Source of the DNA: Candidatus Ferrigenium altingense
Lineage (GTDB): Bacteria; Pseudomonadota; Gammaproteobacteria; Burkholderiales; Gallionellaceae
Assembly (NCBI GenBank): GCA_020621985.1
Contig: JAHRYS010000002.1
Location: 241,730 to 305,729 of the forward strand
Length of the DNA stretch: 64,000 bases
Reading direction: 5' to 3'
Position numbers and translations under genes: made by a program. Below the pieces are notes generated by a model. The model had not been told where the DNA came from. It did no database searches and was given only the letters and a program-made list of their open reading frames with translations. This document shows, piece by piece, positions 9,475 through 22,394 of the stretch (the stretch's first letter is position 1; each line of letters starts with the position of its first letter).

Positions 9475-11157
9475 TTATAAACTCCATTTGTCGGCTAGGA
9501 CACCTAGCAATTCCTGCTGGCGTTTTTCGACTTTGTCTAGTGTCCATTCAGGGGTATTTAATACTTGTGTTGTTAATACATACGACGAGACACCTTGCTT
9601 CCCGCCGAAGTAGGCAGACTTCTTTTTGCCAAAGTCAAAATTTTGGGCTTGAGAGTTTCGCTTCTGGGTCAGCGGCACCAAATTTGCAATGCGATGCACC
9701 CATGCATCACGCAACGTCGGATCAGGCCATGTCTGTGCCCATTCACTATTCACATCAACAGTTTGTGGCAACACATGCTCAATCGTCAAAACGCTCGGAT
9801 CATAGGTTGCTGCACCATCCGTCAAGAATGAATCCAGTCGCAAAATTATGTAGTTGCGACGGCGCGCAGACAGCCAATAAATTTTGCTATCGAGCACAGC
9901 ACGACACTCAGCCTTTTCTTCAGCAGTGAGTTCAATAGCTTCAACGGGCGACATGAAAGAATGCTCTTTCTGTAAAGCCTCGACAACGATTGCATAGCGT
10001 TCAATCCGCTCATTTACATTCTTGCCGCAGATGTGCATTGATGCCGCCAGTCGCTCCAATTTTTTGAAGAACCAGAAAACGTACTCCGGTTCGTTCTTCT
10101 TCTGTGCTAGGAACAGAATTGCTGGGGGCAGCCAGTCGGAGTTATCAATACGGTTAAGCCACTTCAGCAGGCTATTAATGTCCGCAGCGTTGGCTGTAGA
10201 AACATACTGGCTATTCTTGGCAACCAAGTAAGCCTCGGCATAAGGCTCAATTACCTTGGAAACTAAATCCTCTGGCGAAGTAACCGCTGCTAGAACATGC
10301 TCTTTGAATTCATCTAGAAGCGCACGCTTAGCTTTGGATTTGGCGTAGATCATTCTGATGTGGCCAAAAAGCTCTGCGAAACCGTTTCGCCCTGTTTGAA
10401 CCTCCAGTTCTTCCCACTTTTCGGTGAACTCATCCTGTTTGGATTGCGTAATTCGCCCAATTACATCTGACTTAATAATGTCTGTTGGCAGCAAATCCAG
10501 CCCCCGGCTATTTAGAACCGAAAACACCCGAAATGCAGATTGCTGGCTGGGTGTTGAAACCACAACCAAATAGCATCTCAGTACCAGAAAAGATGCAAAT
10601 TCTTTGATAAAGTTTTCGTTATGCTCGCTTGCTTTTTGGATACGCCCCAACATTAATCTCGCATTAGACTGAATGTTTCGTTGTGATTCATTTTCCAGTT
10701 GTGCGGCGTCATAGCTCAATAGCCTGTCGAGTTGCAGTGCCTGAATATGATCAGCAAAAAAAGCGCGATCTCGCTCTCTCAATGAAAGTCGTGGTCTAGG
10801 AGCAAGTTTTTCAATTTCGTCACCTGGCTCACATATATATTTTTTCAAAGATTCTTTGTAAGCATCTGGCGCTCTATTGCCAAGTGCTGCAATCAAAATG
10901 GTCAGTGTTGTTAAGCGCTGCTGACCGTCGATTACCTCAGCATGAGGCATGTTTTCTTCCTTGATTAGAACGATGCTGCCCAGAAAGTATGTGTCTTCCT
11001 GCTCTTTGAGGAAGAAATCGTATAAGTCGTCAAATAGCTCGGATGCTTGATCGACAGTCCACGCATAAGGCCGTTGATAGGACGGAATTTCGTAGTCGAA
11101 ATCTGAGCTGAATATTTTTGCAAGTGGATATTCCGCGCCGCTAATTTTCTTGCTCAT
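9475..11157 (-). CDS. DUF262-DUF1524 protein (GmrSD-like type IV restriction nuclease)
   Basis: IPSYQRPYAW, IDGQQRLTT and FSVLNSRG (DUF262); TIEHVLPQ...IANLVPL...NS (HNH/DUF1524). AT-richer than its neighbours. Confidence 0.88.
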   Translation of the reverse strand: MSKKISGAEYPLAKIFSSDFDYEIPSYQRPYAWTVDQASELFDDLYDFFLKEQEDTYFLGSIVLIKEENMPHAEVIDGQQRLTTLTILIAALGNRAPDAYKESLKKYICEPGDEIEKLAPRPRLSLRERDRAFFADHIQALQLDRLLSYDAAQLENESQRNIQSNARLMLGRIQKASEHNENFIKEFASFLVLRCYLVVVSTPSQQSAFRVFSVLNSRGLDLLPTDIIKSDVIGRITQSKQDEFTEKWEELEVQTGRNGFAELFGHIRMIYAKSKAKRALLDEFKEHVLAAVTSPEDLVSKVIEPYAEAYLVAKNSQYVSTANAADINSLLKWLNRIDNSDWLPPAILFLAQKKNEPEYVFWFFKKLERLAASMHICGKNVNERIERYAIVVEALQKEHSFMSPVEAIELTAEEKAECRAVLDSKIYWLSARRRNYIILRLDSFLTDGAATYDPSVLTIEHVLPQTVDVNSEWAQTWPDPTLRDAWVHRIANLVPLTQKRNSQAQNFDFGKKKSAYFGGKQGVSSYVLTTQVLNTPEWTLDKVEKRQQELLGVLADKWSL

Positions 11158-11202
11158 TATTTCGTTCCCTAGCTTATGAATGTGTTGTCTTATTCTGCAC
11201 TT

Positions 11203-14922
<3,720 letters not shown>

Positions 14923-15099
14923 GGTATGTGGCCTGAAAAATGAGCGCGGATTTTATCATGCCGGATTGCCGGTGCAGCGCGGATGGCAGGGGACTTGATA
15001 ATTTGAAGGGGAGTGCTAGCATGTCCGGCACAATAGGCGCGTACCGCTATTGTGTCTCTGGGTTTATGGTCATTTCTCATCACATTGAAGGAGAAAGTC

Positions 15100-15438
15100 A
15101 TGCGCAACCTGTCTATGCTGGTATTCATTCTTGCAAGTTTCACTGTATCGCTGGCGGTGGCCGCCGAGGCCAAGATCGACATCATTTCCCCCACGGATGG
15201 CGCCAAACTCGATGCCAGGGCGCAAAGCAAACTTGCCTATGAAGTCACTCTGGGGGGCGAGAGCGATCATGCCCACCTTTACGTGGATGGCAAGCAAGTG
15301 GCTTTGCTGCGCCAAACGAAGGGCAGCGCCACGCTTGATCCCCTGACGCGGGGGATGCATGAAATTTGCGCCAGAATGGTCAACAAGAATCACACGCCAA
15401 CCGGCGTGGAGCGCTGCATCAAGGTCACGGCAGAATAG
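15100..15438 (+). CDS. Small exported hypothetical protein (His/Cys-containing, beta-rich)
   Basis: AGGAG RBS, signal peptide, DHAHLYVDG, and HEIC...NHT...RC. Confidence 0.75.
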   Translation: MRNLSMLVFILASFTVSLAVAAEAKIDIISPTDGAKLDARAQSKLAYEVTLGGESDHAHLYVDGKQVALLRQTKGSATLDPLTRGMHEICARMVNKNHTPTGVERCIKVTAE

Positions 15439-15440
15439 CG

Positions 15441-15842
15441 ATGGACTGGCAAAACCTTGCCTACGCCGCCACCCAGATCGTCCATAATTTCGGGGCGGTC
15501 GCGGTGGTGGGCGGCGCGGCCTGCGCGCTTGCGTGGCGCGATGCGACGGTGCAGCGCCGGCTTGCCTGGATCGTGCTCATCGGTTGGGCGACACAGGCGG
15601 CAAGCGGGGCGACTTTCGGCGCGATCAGTTTTTACCATTACGGGAAGTTCCCCGATATTCACGGCATCGCCGTAGCCGCGCTCGGCGTGAAAATGGCGTG
15701 TGCGGCGCTCGGCTTTACCTTGGCGGCGTGGCAACTGTTCGCGTATCCCTCGGCGGCATCCAGCCGGCAGGTTTGGCTTGCGTTGTGCGGTCTGGGCGCC
15801 CTGGCGCTGAGTTCTGCCGCCGTGCTGCGCTGGTTTTCCTGA
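15441..15842 (+). CDS. Four-TM hypothetical membrane protein
   Basis: ATG 2 nt after the previous stop codon; hydrophobic helices with VHNFG and DIHG. Confidence 0.75.
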   Translation: MDWQNLAYAATQIVHNFGAVAVVGGAACALAWRDATVQRRLAWIVLIGWATQAASGATFGAISFYHYGKFPDIHGIAVAALGVKMACAALGFTLAAWQLFAYPSAASSRQVWLALCGLGALALSSAAVLRWFS

Positions 15843-15964
15843 CAAGCTGCCTTAAAAATTGCTGCGGATGGCGTCTGCGGCTCTGGTGGTATCATTTCAT
15901 TTTTGGCGGTGCGGGTTTCCTGCCCCTGCGCATTTTGAATTCCGCCACTACCCACGATCGAGTA

Positions 15965-17320
15965 ATGAGTTTCTATAGCGCCCCGCTGCCCTATCAACCC
16001 GATGCTTCGCGCTATTACGCCGCGCTGGCCGATCTGCCTTGGGCAGTGTGGCTGGATAGCGGCGGGATGGCGCGCTATGACATTCTGGCCGCCGCACCGC
16101 ACCGCACGCTGACGCTGGAGGAAGGCGTGGAACAAGGCGACCCGTTTGCGTTGTTGCGCAACGCATTGGGCGAACCGGTCGCGCCCGTCGAAGATGTGCC
16201 GTTTGCCGGCGGCGCGCTGGGCTATTGGGGTTATGATCTAGCGCGCCGGATGATGACCTTGCCGGACATCGCACAGGCTGCCGGGCAGTTGCCGGACATG
16301 GCGGTGGGTATCTACGATTGGGCGGTTGTGCTGGATCATCGGCAACGCACCGCGCGCTTGGTGTCGCACCGGCGCTTCGCCGAAACGGCGGAGTTATTGC
16401 CGCAAATATTGCTCCGTTTGCAAAGTCTTCCGCCACTTCCCGCCGACACTTTCCGCGTGCATGGTCAGATTACCTCCAACTTTACACCCGCCAGCTACGC
16501 AGCCGCATTTGCGTCGGTGCAACATTATTTGCAGGCGGGCGATTGCTACCAGATCAATCTCGCGCAGCGTTTCAGCGCAAAGGCCGACGGCGATGCGTTC
16601 GGCGCCTATCTTGCGTTGCGCAGCTTAAGCCCCGCACCCTACGCGGCCTTTCTGAATTTGCCGCAGGCCCGGATTCTGTGCGCGTCGCCGGAATGTTTTG
16701 TCAGCGTGCAAAACGGCGAGGTAAAGACCAAACCGATCAAGGGTACGCGCCCGCGCGGCAGCGATGCGCAACAAGACCTTTTGCTTGCCGAAGACTTGCG
16801 CAGCCACCCCAAGGATCGCGCGGAAAACCTGATGATCGTGGATTTGTTGCGCAATGATCTGGGCAAGAGCTGCGTGCCCGGTTCGGTGCGCGTGCCGGAA
16901 TTGTTCAAGGTGGAAAGTTTTGCTAATGTGCATCATCTGGTTAGCACGGTGGAAGGCCGGCTCGCGGCAGGGCGCGACGCGCTGGACGTGTTGCGCGACT
17001 GCTTTCCGGGCGGTTCCGTGACCGGTGCGCCCAAGCTGCGCGCCATGCAGATCATCGAGCAATTGGAGCCGGACAGGCGCGGAATCTATTGCGGAGCCAT
17101 CGGTTATGTCGGCTTTGACGGCAATATGGATAGCAATATCGCCATTCGCACCCTGGTGCATAACAACGATAGAATCCATTGTTGGGCAGGCGGCGGAATC
17201 GTGGCGGATTCGGATCTGGCGGCGGAGTACCAGGAGACGCTGGACAAGGCCTCCGCGATGCTTGAGCTGTTGCAGCGCTATGGAGGGCATTATGAGCGTA
17301 GTATCGAGAGGGGGTGGTAA
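15965..17320 (+). CDS. pabB: Aminodeoxychorismate synthase component I
   Basis: WLDSGG, GDCYQINL, PIKGTRPR, ENLMIVDLLRND and FPGGSVTGAPK. Start placed at ATG 15965. Confidence 0.93.
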   Translation: MSFYSAPLPYQPDASRYYAALADLPWAVWLDSGGMARYDILAAAPHRTLTLEEGVEQGDPFALLRNALGEPVAPVEDVPFAGGALGYWGYDLARRMMTLPDIAQAAGQLPDMAVGIYDWAVVLDHRQRTARLVSHRRFAETAELLPQILLRLQSLPPLPADTFRVHGQITSNFTPASYAAAFASVQHYLQAGDCYQINLAQRFSAKADGDAFGAYLALRSLSPAPYAAFLNLPQARILCASPECFVSVQNGEVKTKPIKGTRPRGSDAQQDLLLAEDLRSHPKDRAENLMIVDLLRNDLGKSCVPGSVRVPELFKVESFANVHHLVSTVEGRLAAGRDALDVLRDCFPGGSVTGAPKLRAMQIIEQLEPDRRGIYCGAIGYVGFDGNMDSNIAIRTLVHNNDRIHCWAGGGIVADSDLAAEYQETLDKASAMLELLQRYGGHYERSIERGW

Positions 17321-17527
17321 CTGCACAGCCATTTAACCTATAAAAAGCTGTTTAGCTACAGATTATCAATGGGTTGGTTTTTTTATTCAAGTTCAAGCCG
17401 CCTTCCGGGTGCATGGTGGATTTTCAACAACGCTTTATTTTATCCGTGGAAATCCGTGTACATCTATGGCTAGTCGTTGTTTTTAGTTGCTTAATGACTT
17501 CACGCTTCACAAAACGTGAGTAAATTT

Positions 17528-17613
17528 GTAGCCTGGATGCAGGCCGAAGGCCGGAATCCGGGGGGCGCTTGCGGGATGCTTCCCCGGATTCCGCTACGCT
17601 TCATCCAGGCTAC
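17528..17613. repeat. REP doublet, GTAGCC(T/C)GGATG...GGAATCCGGG family
   Basis: Inverted pair. The same family occurs at 41046, 47135 and partially at 36468. Confidence 0.8.
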
Positions 17614-17664
17614 CTATTGGGTTCCGGCAATGCCGGTTTAGGTTTAATCAATCGGAGTGACTAT

Positions 17665-18444
17665 ATGGGGCGTCAAGCGGTACAAGAATCGAATTGCGTT
17701 GCAATATCCTGCCAGAACTGTGGCCTTTACCAGCTGTGCCTGCCGATGGGGCTGGACAGCGCGGACACGGCGCTGCTCGACCGCTACGTGAAGAGAAGGC
17801 GCATGTTCAAGCGCGGTGAGGTGCTTTACCGCATCGGCGAAGCGTTTACTTACGTTTATGCGATCCGCAGCGGATCAGTCAAAACCTATATTTCCACCGA
17901 CGATGGTCGCCTGCAAATCACCGGCTTCCACGTTCCGGGCGAACTGCTCGGGTTGAACGCCATAGACGAAAAACGCTATAACTGCGAGGCGATGGCGCTG
18001 GAAACCACGTCGGTGTGCGAAATTTCGGTGGAATGCTTCGAGGAACTGGCGAGGCAAATCCCCTCGGTGCATTACCAGATGCTCAGGATGATGAGCAAGG
18101 AGATCAAGCACAACCAGGAATTGATGCTGCTGCTCGGGAAAAAGAATGCCGAAGAGCGGCTGGCGACTTACCTGCTGTCGCTGTCGCGGCGTTTTGCGCT
18201 GCGCAATTATTCACCTACCCAGTTCAATCTAAGCATGTCGCGCGGCGACATCGGCAATTATCTGGGCATCGCCGAAGAAACTGTCTCACGCATCTTTACC
18301 CGCTTCCAGGAAGAAGGGGTGATTGCCAGCGAACGCAGGCATATCATTTTGAATGACCTCGAACGTCTGAGCGCCATTGCGCGCGAGCCGTATTCCGCTA
18401 CTGCACAGGTTATTCCGCTGCCGCGCATTCCGAATCCCCGCTGA
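17665..18444 (+). CDS. Fnr-like Crp/Fnr regulator with Fe-S cysteines
   Basis: CQNCGLYQLCLP, SVCEI and HTH MSRGDIGNYLGIAEETVSR. Start placed at ATG 17665 after GGAG. Confidence 0.92.
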   Translation: MGRQAVQESNCVAISCQNCGLYQLCLPMGLDSADTALLDRYVKRRRMFKRGEVLYRIGEAFTYVYAIRSGSVKTYISTDDGRLQITGFHVPGELLGLNAIDEKRYNCEAMALETTSVCEISVECFEELARQIPSVHYQMLRMMSKEIKHNQELMLLLGKKNAEERLATYLLSLSRRFALRNYSPTQFNLSMSRGDIGNYLGIAEETVSRIFTRFQEEGVIASERRHIILNDLERLSAIAREPYSATAQVIPLPRIPNPR

Positions 18445-18540
18445 TTTTTCCCGAACATCATTCGCAGCGCTTTGCTGCGAGCACTCTACCCCTGCGCCGA
18501 AATTTCATTGCATCTCTTCTTGGCATGTCGAGCAAGAAGG

Positions 18541-18554
18541 TTGACGCGCGTCAG
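18541..18554 (+). promoter_or_regulatory. FNR-like box upstream of ompW
   Basis: TTGAC-GCGC-GTCAG, with a TATATT -10 element at 18575 consistent with class II spacing. Confidence 0.7.
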
Positions 18555-18772
18555 GGTTCCATTGCCTAAACGCCTATATTCTGTAGGGGAATTATGGGCG
18601 TCTCAAAATTTGTCTCCATGCCACCGGTGAATAACCGGCGTCCGGCCAGATTCGGCATGACAATTTTTTGAGGGGCTATTTTAAAGATGCGTCCGATCAG
18701 CTTACCGGTAACTGCGGCAAGCTACTCCGAAGTACTTTTTAAATCGCAGTAATTAACTTTCAGGAGAAAATC

Positions 18773-19363
18773 ATGCAAAGAAGGGTATTAATGGCCGTGG
18801 CGACAAGTGCGTTGTTTGCTTCATCCAGCGTTTTTGCGGAGGCTGGCGACTGGATGGCGCGCGTGCGCGCAGTCAATATCGACACGCACAACAGCTCCAG
18901 CCCTGTGACGGGTGCGGCGCTTAGCCGCAAGACGATCCCTGAGGTTGACTTCGGCTATTTTTTTACCGATAACATCTCGGCCGAACTGATACTGACTTAT
19001 CCGCAAAAACATGAGGTGTCGCTGAACGGCGCGTTGCTGGGCACATTGAAAGAACTGCCGCCGACGTTATTGGCGCAATATCACTTTATGCCCGGCAGTT
19101 CTTTCAGCCCTTACGTGGGGGCCGGCTTGAATTACACGAGATATTCGAGTGTGGATATGCCCGGTTTTTCCACTTCCAAAAGCAGCACGGGAGGCGCACT
19201 GCAAGTCGGTTTCGATGTTCCGGTCAATAAAAACCTGTCCTTCAACGTCGACCTGAAAAAGGTTTACATGAAAATCGACGTCAATACTGCGGCAGGCGCT
19301 TATGTGACAACGCTCAAGATTGACCCTGTGCTCTTCGGTGTCGGGCTGGGCTGGAAATTTTAA
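18773..19363 (+). CDS. ompW: Outer-membrane protein OmpW family
   Basis: Signal peptide, EAGDWMARVR, LPPTLLAQYHF, PYVGAGLNYT, IDP and C-terminal F. Confidence 0.92.
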   Translation: MQRRVLMAVATSALFASSSVFAEAGDWMARVRAVNIDTHNSSSPVTGAALSRKTIPEVDFGYFFTDNISAELILTYPQKHEVSLNGALLGTLKELPPTLLAQYHFMPGSSFSPYVGAGLNYTRYSSVDMPGFSTSKSSTGGALQVGFDVPVNKNLSFNVDLKKVYMKIDVNTAAGAYVTTLKIDPVLFGVGLGWKF

Positions 19364-19479
19364 GGCGCAACGAGGCTTGGCGATATTCGCTGTAACCGGA
19401 TTTCGCCGCGCCTTGCTGTGAACATTCGCCCTTACGTCGCCATTCCATAGAATGCTTTTTTGAATGTCGAGCAAGAAGA

Positions 19480-19493
19480 TTGACGCACGTCAG
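19480..19493 (+). promoter_or_regulatory. Second FNR-like box
   Basis: TTGAC-GCAC-GTCAG, inside a 34-bp copy of the ompW promoter module. Confidence 0.7.
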
Positions 19494-19527
19494 GGTTTCT
19501 TCCGGTGTTTGAACAGAAAATACGAAA

Positions 19528-19645
19528 AGCGAGGAATATGCAACCATGAGGAATATGCAACCAAGTTTCTTCCCCGCACGTTAGATAGCGTGCGTTTGTG
19601 CAGGCCGTTTGCGCGAACCTCCTTGTTGCGAACGGCCTTTTTTTT
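19528..19645 (+). ncRNA. Candidate small RNA or terminated leader
   Basis: Lies downstream of an FNR-like box; hairpin at 19575-19594; 12-bp stem plus T8 at 19602-19645. The 5' end is inferred from FNR spacing. Confidence 0.4.
19602..19645 (+). terminator. Rho-independent terminator
   Basis: AGGCCGTTTGCG...TGCGAACGGCCT followed by a T-run. Confidence 0.75.
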
Positions 19646-19876
19646 GAAGTAAATTCAGGTTTGCTCAGGATGAATAGCCTGTGCTGGATTCTTAAAGAAT
19701 ATACGTTCTGCCAGAAGGCAGGCGTTTGGATGGTATTTAAAACTCTTTGGCAGGGTGGGCGGAATGAATTGCCTTCCCTATCGGCAAAATGTGACCTACA
19801 CTATGCACGCATTGGTTGTTGCGCCACCAAAGTTTAAGTCCGTTCTTGTGTTTCTTACCCTGTGAAAGGAATGATC

Positions 19877-20866
19877 ATGAAACTTGGTACTTTGACAGCA
19901 GCACTGATAGCTATTTCAATCTCGACCTCTTGGGCTTTATCCAACGAACCCATCCAGCCTATCGCCGCCGCACCCGTCAAGAACAAGGCGATGGTGGAGT
20001 TGGGCAAGAAGCTTTTCTTCGATCCTCGGCTGTCCAAATCCGGTTTTATTTCCTGCAATTCCTGCCATAACCTGAGCATGGGCGGCACGGACAATTTGCA
20101 AACATCCATTGGCGACCATTGGCAGCAAGGCCCGATCAATTCTCCCACCGTGCTGAACTCGAGCATGAACCTGGCGCAGTTCTGGGATGGACGCGCGAAG
20201 GATCTGAAAGAGCAAGCGGCCGGCCCGATCGCCAACCCTGGAGAAATGGCCTTCACCCACGAACTGGCGGTGGACGTATTGCGCTCCATTCCCCAATACC
20301 GCGCCGAATTCAAGCGCGTGTTCGGGTCGGAAGATGTCAAGATCGGCATGGTGACCGATGCCATTGCGGCCTTTGAGGAAACGCTGGTTACGCCTGATTC
20401 CCGTTTCGACAAATGGCTGAAAGGCGACAAGAAGGCGCTGAACAGCACTGAGTTGGCCGGTTACAAGCTGTTCAAGGACGCCGGTTGCGTGGCCTGCCAC
20501 AACGGCACTGCCGTGGGCGGCGGGTCATTCCAGAAATTCGGTTTATTTGGGGCTTACAAGACCGCCAGCAAGGCAGAAGGGCGGATTGCGGTTACCAAGC
20601 AGGATGCGGATCGCATGAACTTCAAGGTGCCGATCCTGCGCAACGTCGAACTGACCTATCCCTACTTTCACGACGGTGCGGTCTGGACGCTGGAGGAAGC
20701 GGTAGACACGATGGGCAGGCTGCAACTCGGCCGCAATTTCAGCAAGGACGAGATCGGCAACATCGTCGCCTTCCTGAAGACACTCACCGGTAAACAGCCT
20801 GATTTCAAGCTGCCGATTTTGCCGCCGTCTACGGATAAGACGCCGCGCCCCAGGCCGTTCCAGTAG
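19877..20866 (+). CDS. ccpA: Di-heme cytochrome c peroxidase
   Basis: LGKKLFFDPRLS, CNSCH, QFWDGRA, CVACH, FKVPILRNV and PYFHDG; signal peptide. Confidence 0.93.
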   Translation: MKLGTLTAALIAISISTSWALSNEPIQPIAAAPVKNKAMVELGKKLFFDPRLSKSGFISCNSCHNLSMGGTDNLQTSIGDHWQQGPINSPTVLNSSMNLAQFWDGRAKDLKEQAAGPIANPGEMAFTHELAVDVLRSIPQYRAEFKRVFGSEDVKIGMVTDAIAAFEETLVTPDSRFDKWLKGDKKALNSTELAGYKLFKDAGCVACHNGTAVGGGSFQKFGLFGAYKTASKAEGRIAVTKQDADRMNFKVPILRNVELTYPYFHDGAVWTLEEAVDTMGRLQLGRNFSKDEIGNIVAFLKTLTGKQPDFKLPILPPSTDKTPRPRPFQ

Positions 20867-20953
20867 ACAATCGCCAACGCATGTCCTGTAGTCCCATGCG
20901 TTGTGAGTGAGGCGAATAGCGCATTCGTTTTTAAATAGCTTCAGGGAGGTATT

Positions 20954-22384
20954 GTGGAGACAACTCAAGCGGCATCAGTAAGATACGATATGGGCGTCGT
21001 CAGGTGGTTTTCCATCGCGGCGGTGATCTATTTGGTGGTGGGCACGTTTCTCGGTGTGTGGATCGCATCAGAGTTGGCGTGGCCGTTCTTGAATTTCGAC
21101 ATCGCCGAAATCACTTTCGGGCGCTTGCGCCCGTTGCATACCAACGCGGTGATTTTTGCGTTTGGCGGCTGTACCTTGATGGCCACCGGCTTTTACATTG
21201 TGCAGCGCACCGGTTCGACCAGGCTGTGGAGCAATAACCTGGCGTGGTTCACCTTCTGGGGATGGAACCTGATCATCGTGCTGGCCGTGATTACCTTGCC
21301 GCTCGGGATCACCCAATCCAAGGAATATGCCGAACTGGAATGGCCGATCGATATCCTGATCGCCATTATCTGGCTCGCGTTCGGGCTGAATTACATCATG
21401 ACTATTGCGATTCGCAAGGTTTCGCATATCTACGTGTCCAACTGGTTCTTCATGGGCATGATCATCATGATCACTTACCTGCATGTGGTAAACAGCCTCG
21501 CCATTCCGGTCAGCCTGACCCAGTCCTACTCCATCTTCTCCGGCGTGCAGGATGCGATGGTGCAGTGGTGGTGGGGACACAATGCGGTGGGGTTCTATCT
21601 GACCGCCGGCTTCCTGGGCATCATGTATTACTTCGTGCCCAAGCAAGCGAACCGCCCGGTGTTCTCGTATCGCCTGTCCGTGCTGCACTTCTGGACGCTG
21701 ATGTTTGGCTACGTGTGGCTGGGCGCGCACCATCTGCAATACACCGCGTTGCCCGACTGGACCGGCTCCCTGGGCGCCGCGATTTCGCTGGCGATGATCA
21801 TCCCGTCCTGGGGCGGAGCGATGAACGGCATGATGACCCTGTCCGGCGCCTGGGATCGCTTGCGCACCGATTACATCCTGCGCTTCCTAGTGGTCTCCCT
21901 GGCGTTCTACGCGATGTCCACCTTCGAAGGTCCGGTGATGTCGATCAAGACCGTGAATGCCCTGTCCCATTACACCGACTGGACGGTCGGCCACGTGCAC
22001 TCCGGTGCGCTGGGCTGGGTGGCGATGGTTTCCATCGGCGCGCTTTACCATCTGGTGAAAAAGCTGTGGAACACCGAAATGTATTCCGACAACCTGGTCA
22101 ATGTGCACTTCTGGCTGTCCACCATCGGCACCGTGGTCTACGTCGTGGCGATGTGGGTGTCCGGAATCATGCAGGGTCTGATGTGGCGGGATTACGACGA
22201 ATACGGCACCTTGACCTATACCTTCGTCGAGTCGGTTTCCGCGATGCATCCGTATTATGCGATGCGCGCCATCGGCGGGATCATCTTCAATCTGGGTGCC
22301 TGGATCATGCTGTACAACGTGGTGATGACGGTGCGCAAGGCGAGTGCGGCGCGCGCTACCCATGCCGTTCCTGCTAAAGCATAA
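20954..22384 (+). CDS. ccoN: cbb3-type cytochrome c oxidase subunit I
   Basis: [33 protein letters not shown] and [13 protein letters not shown] start after GGAGG. Confidence 0.97.
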   Translation: METTQAASVRYDMGVVRWFSIAAVIYLVVGTFLGVWIASELAWPFLNFDIAEITFGRLRPLHTNAVIFAFGGCTLMATGFYIVQRTGSTRLWSNNLAWFTFWGWNLIIVLAVITLPLGITQSKEYAELEWPIDILIAIIWLAFGLNYIMTIAIRKVSHIYVSNWFFMGMIIMITYLHVVNSLAIPVSLTQSYSIFSGVQDAMVQWWWGHNAVGFYLTAGFLGIMYYFVPKQANRPVFSYRLSVLHFWTLMFGYVWLGAHHLQYTALPDWTGSLGAAISLAMIIPSWGGAMNGMMTLSGAWDRLRTDYILRFLVVSLAFYAMSTFEGPVMSIKTVNALSHYTDWTVGHVHSGALGWVAMVSIGALYHLVKKLWNTEMYSDNLVNVHFWLSTIGTVVYVVAMWVSGIMQGLMWRDYDEYGTLTYTFVESVSAMHPYYAMRAIGGIIFNLGAWIMLYNVVMTVRKASAARATHAVPAKA

Positions 22385-22394
22385 GGAGTGAAAC

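Noticed and set aside
14923-15060. SAH, SAM or cobalamin riboswitch upstream of metH
   Set aside because: No conserved aptamer motifs were recognised, and an extended -10-like TGATAAAAT close to the start implies a short leader.
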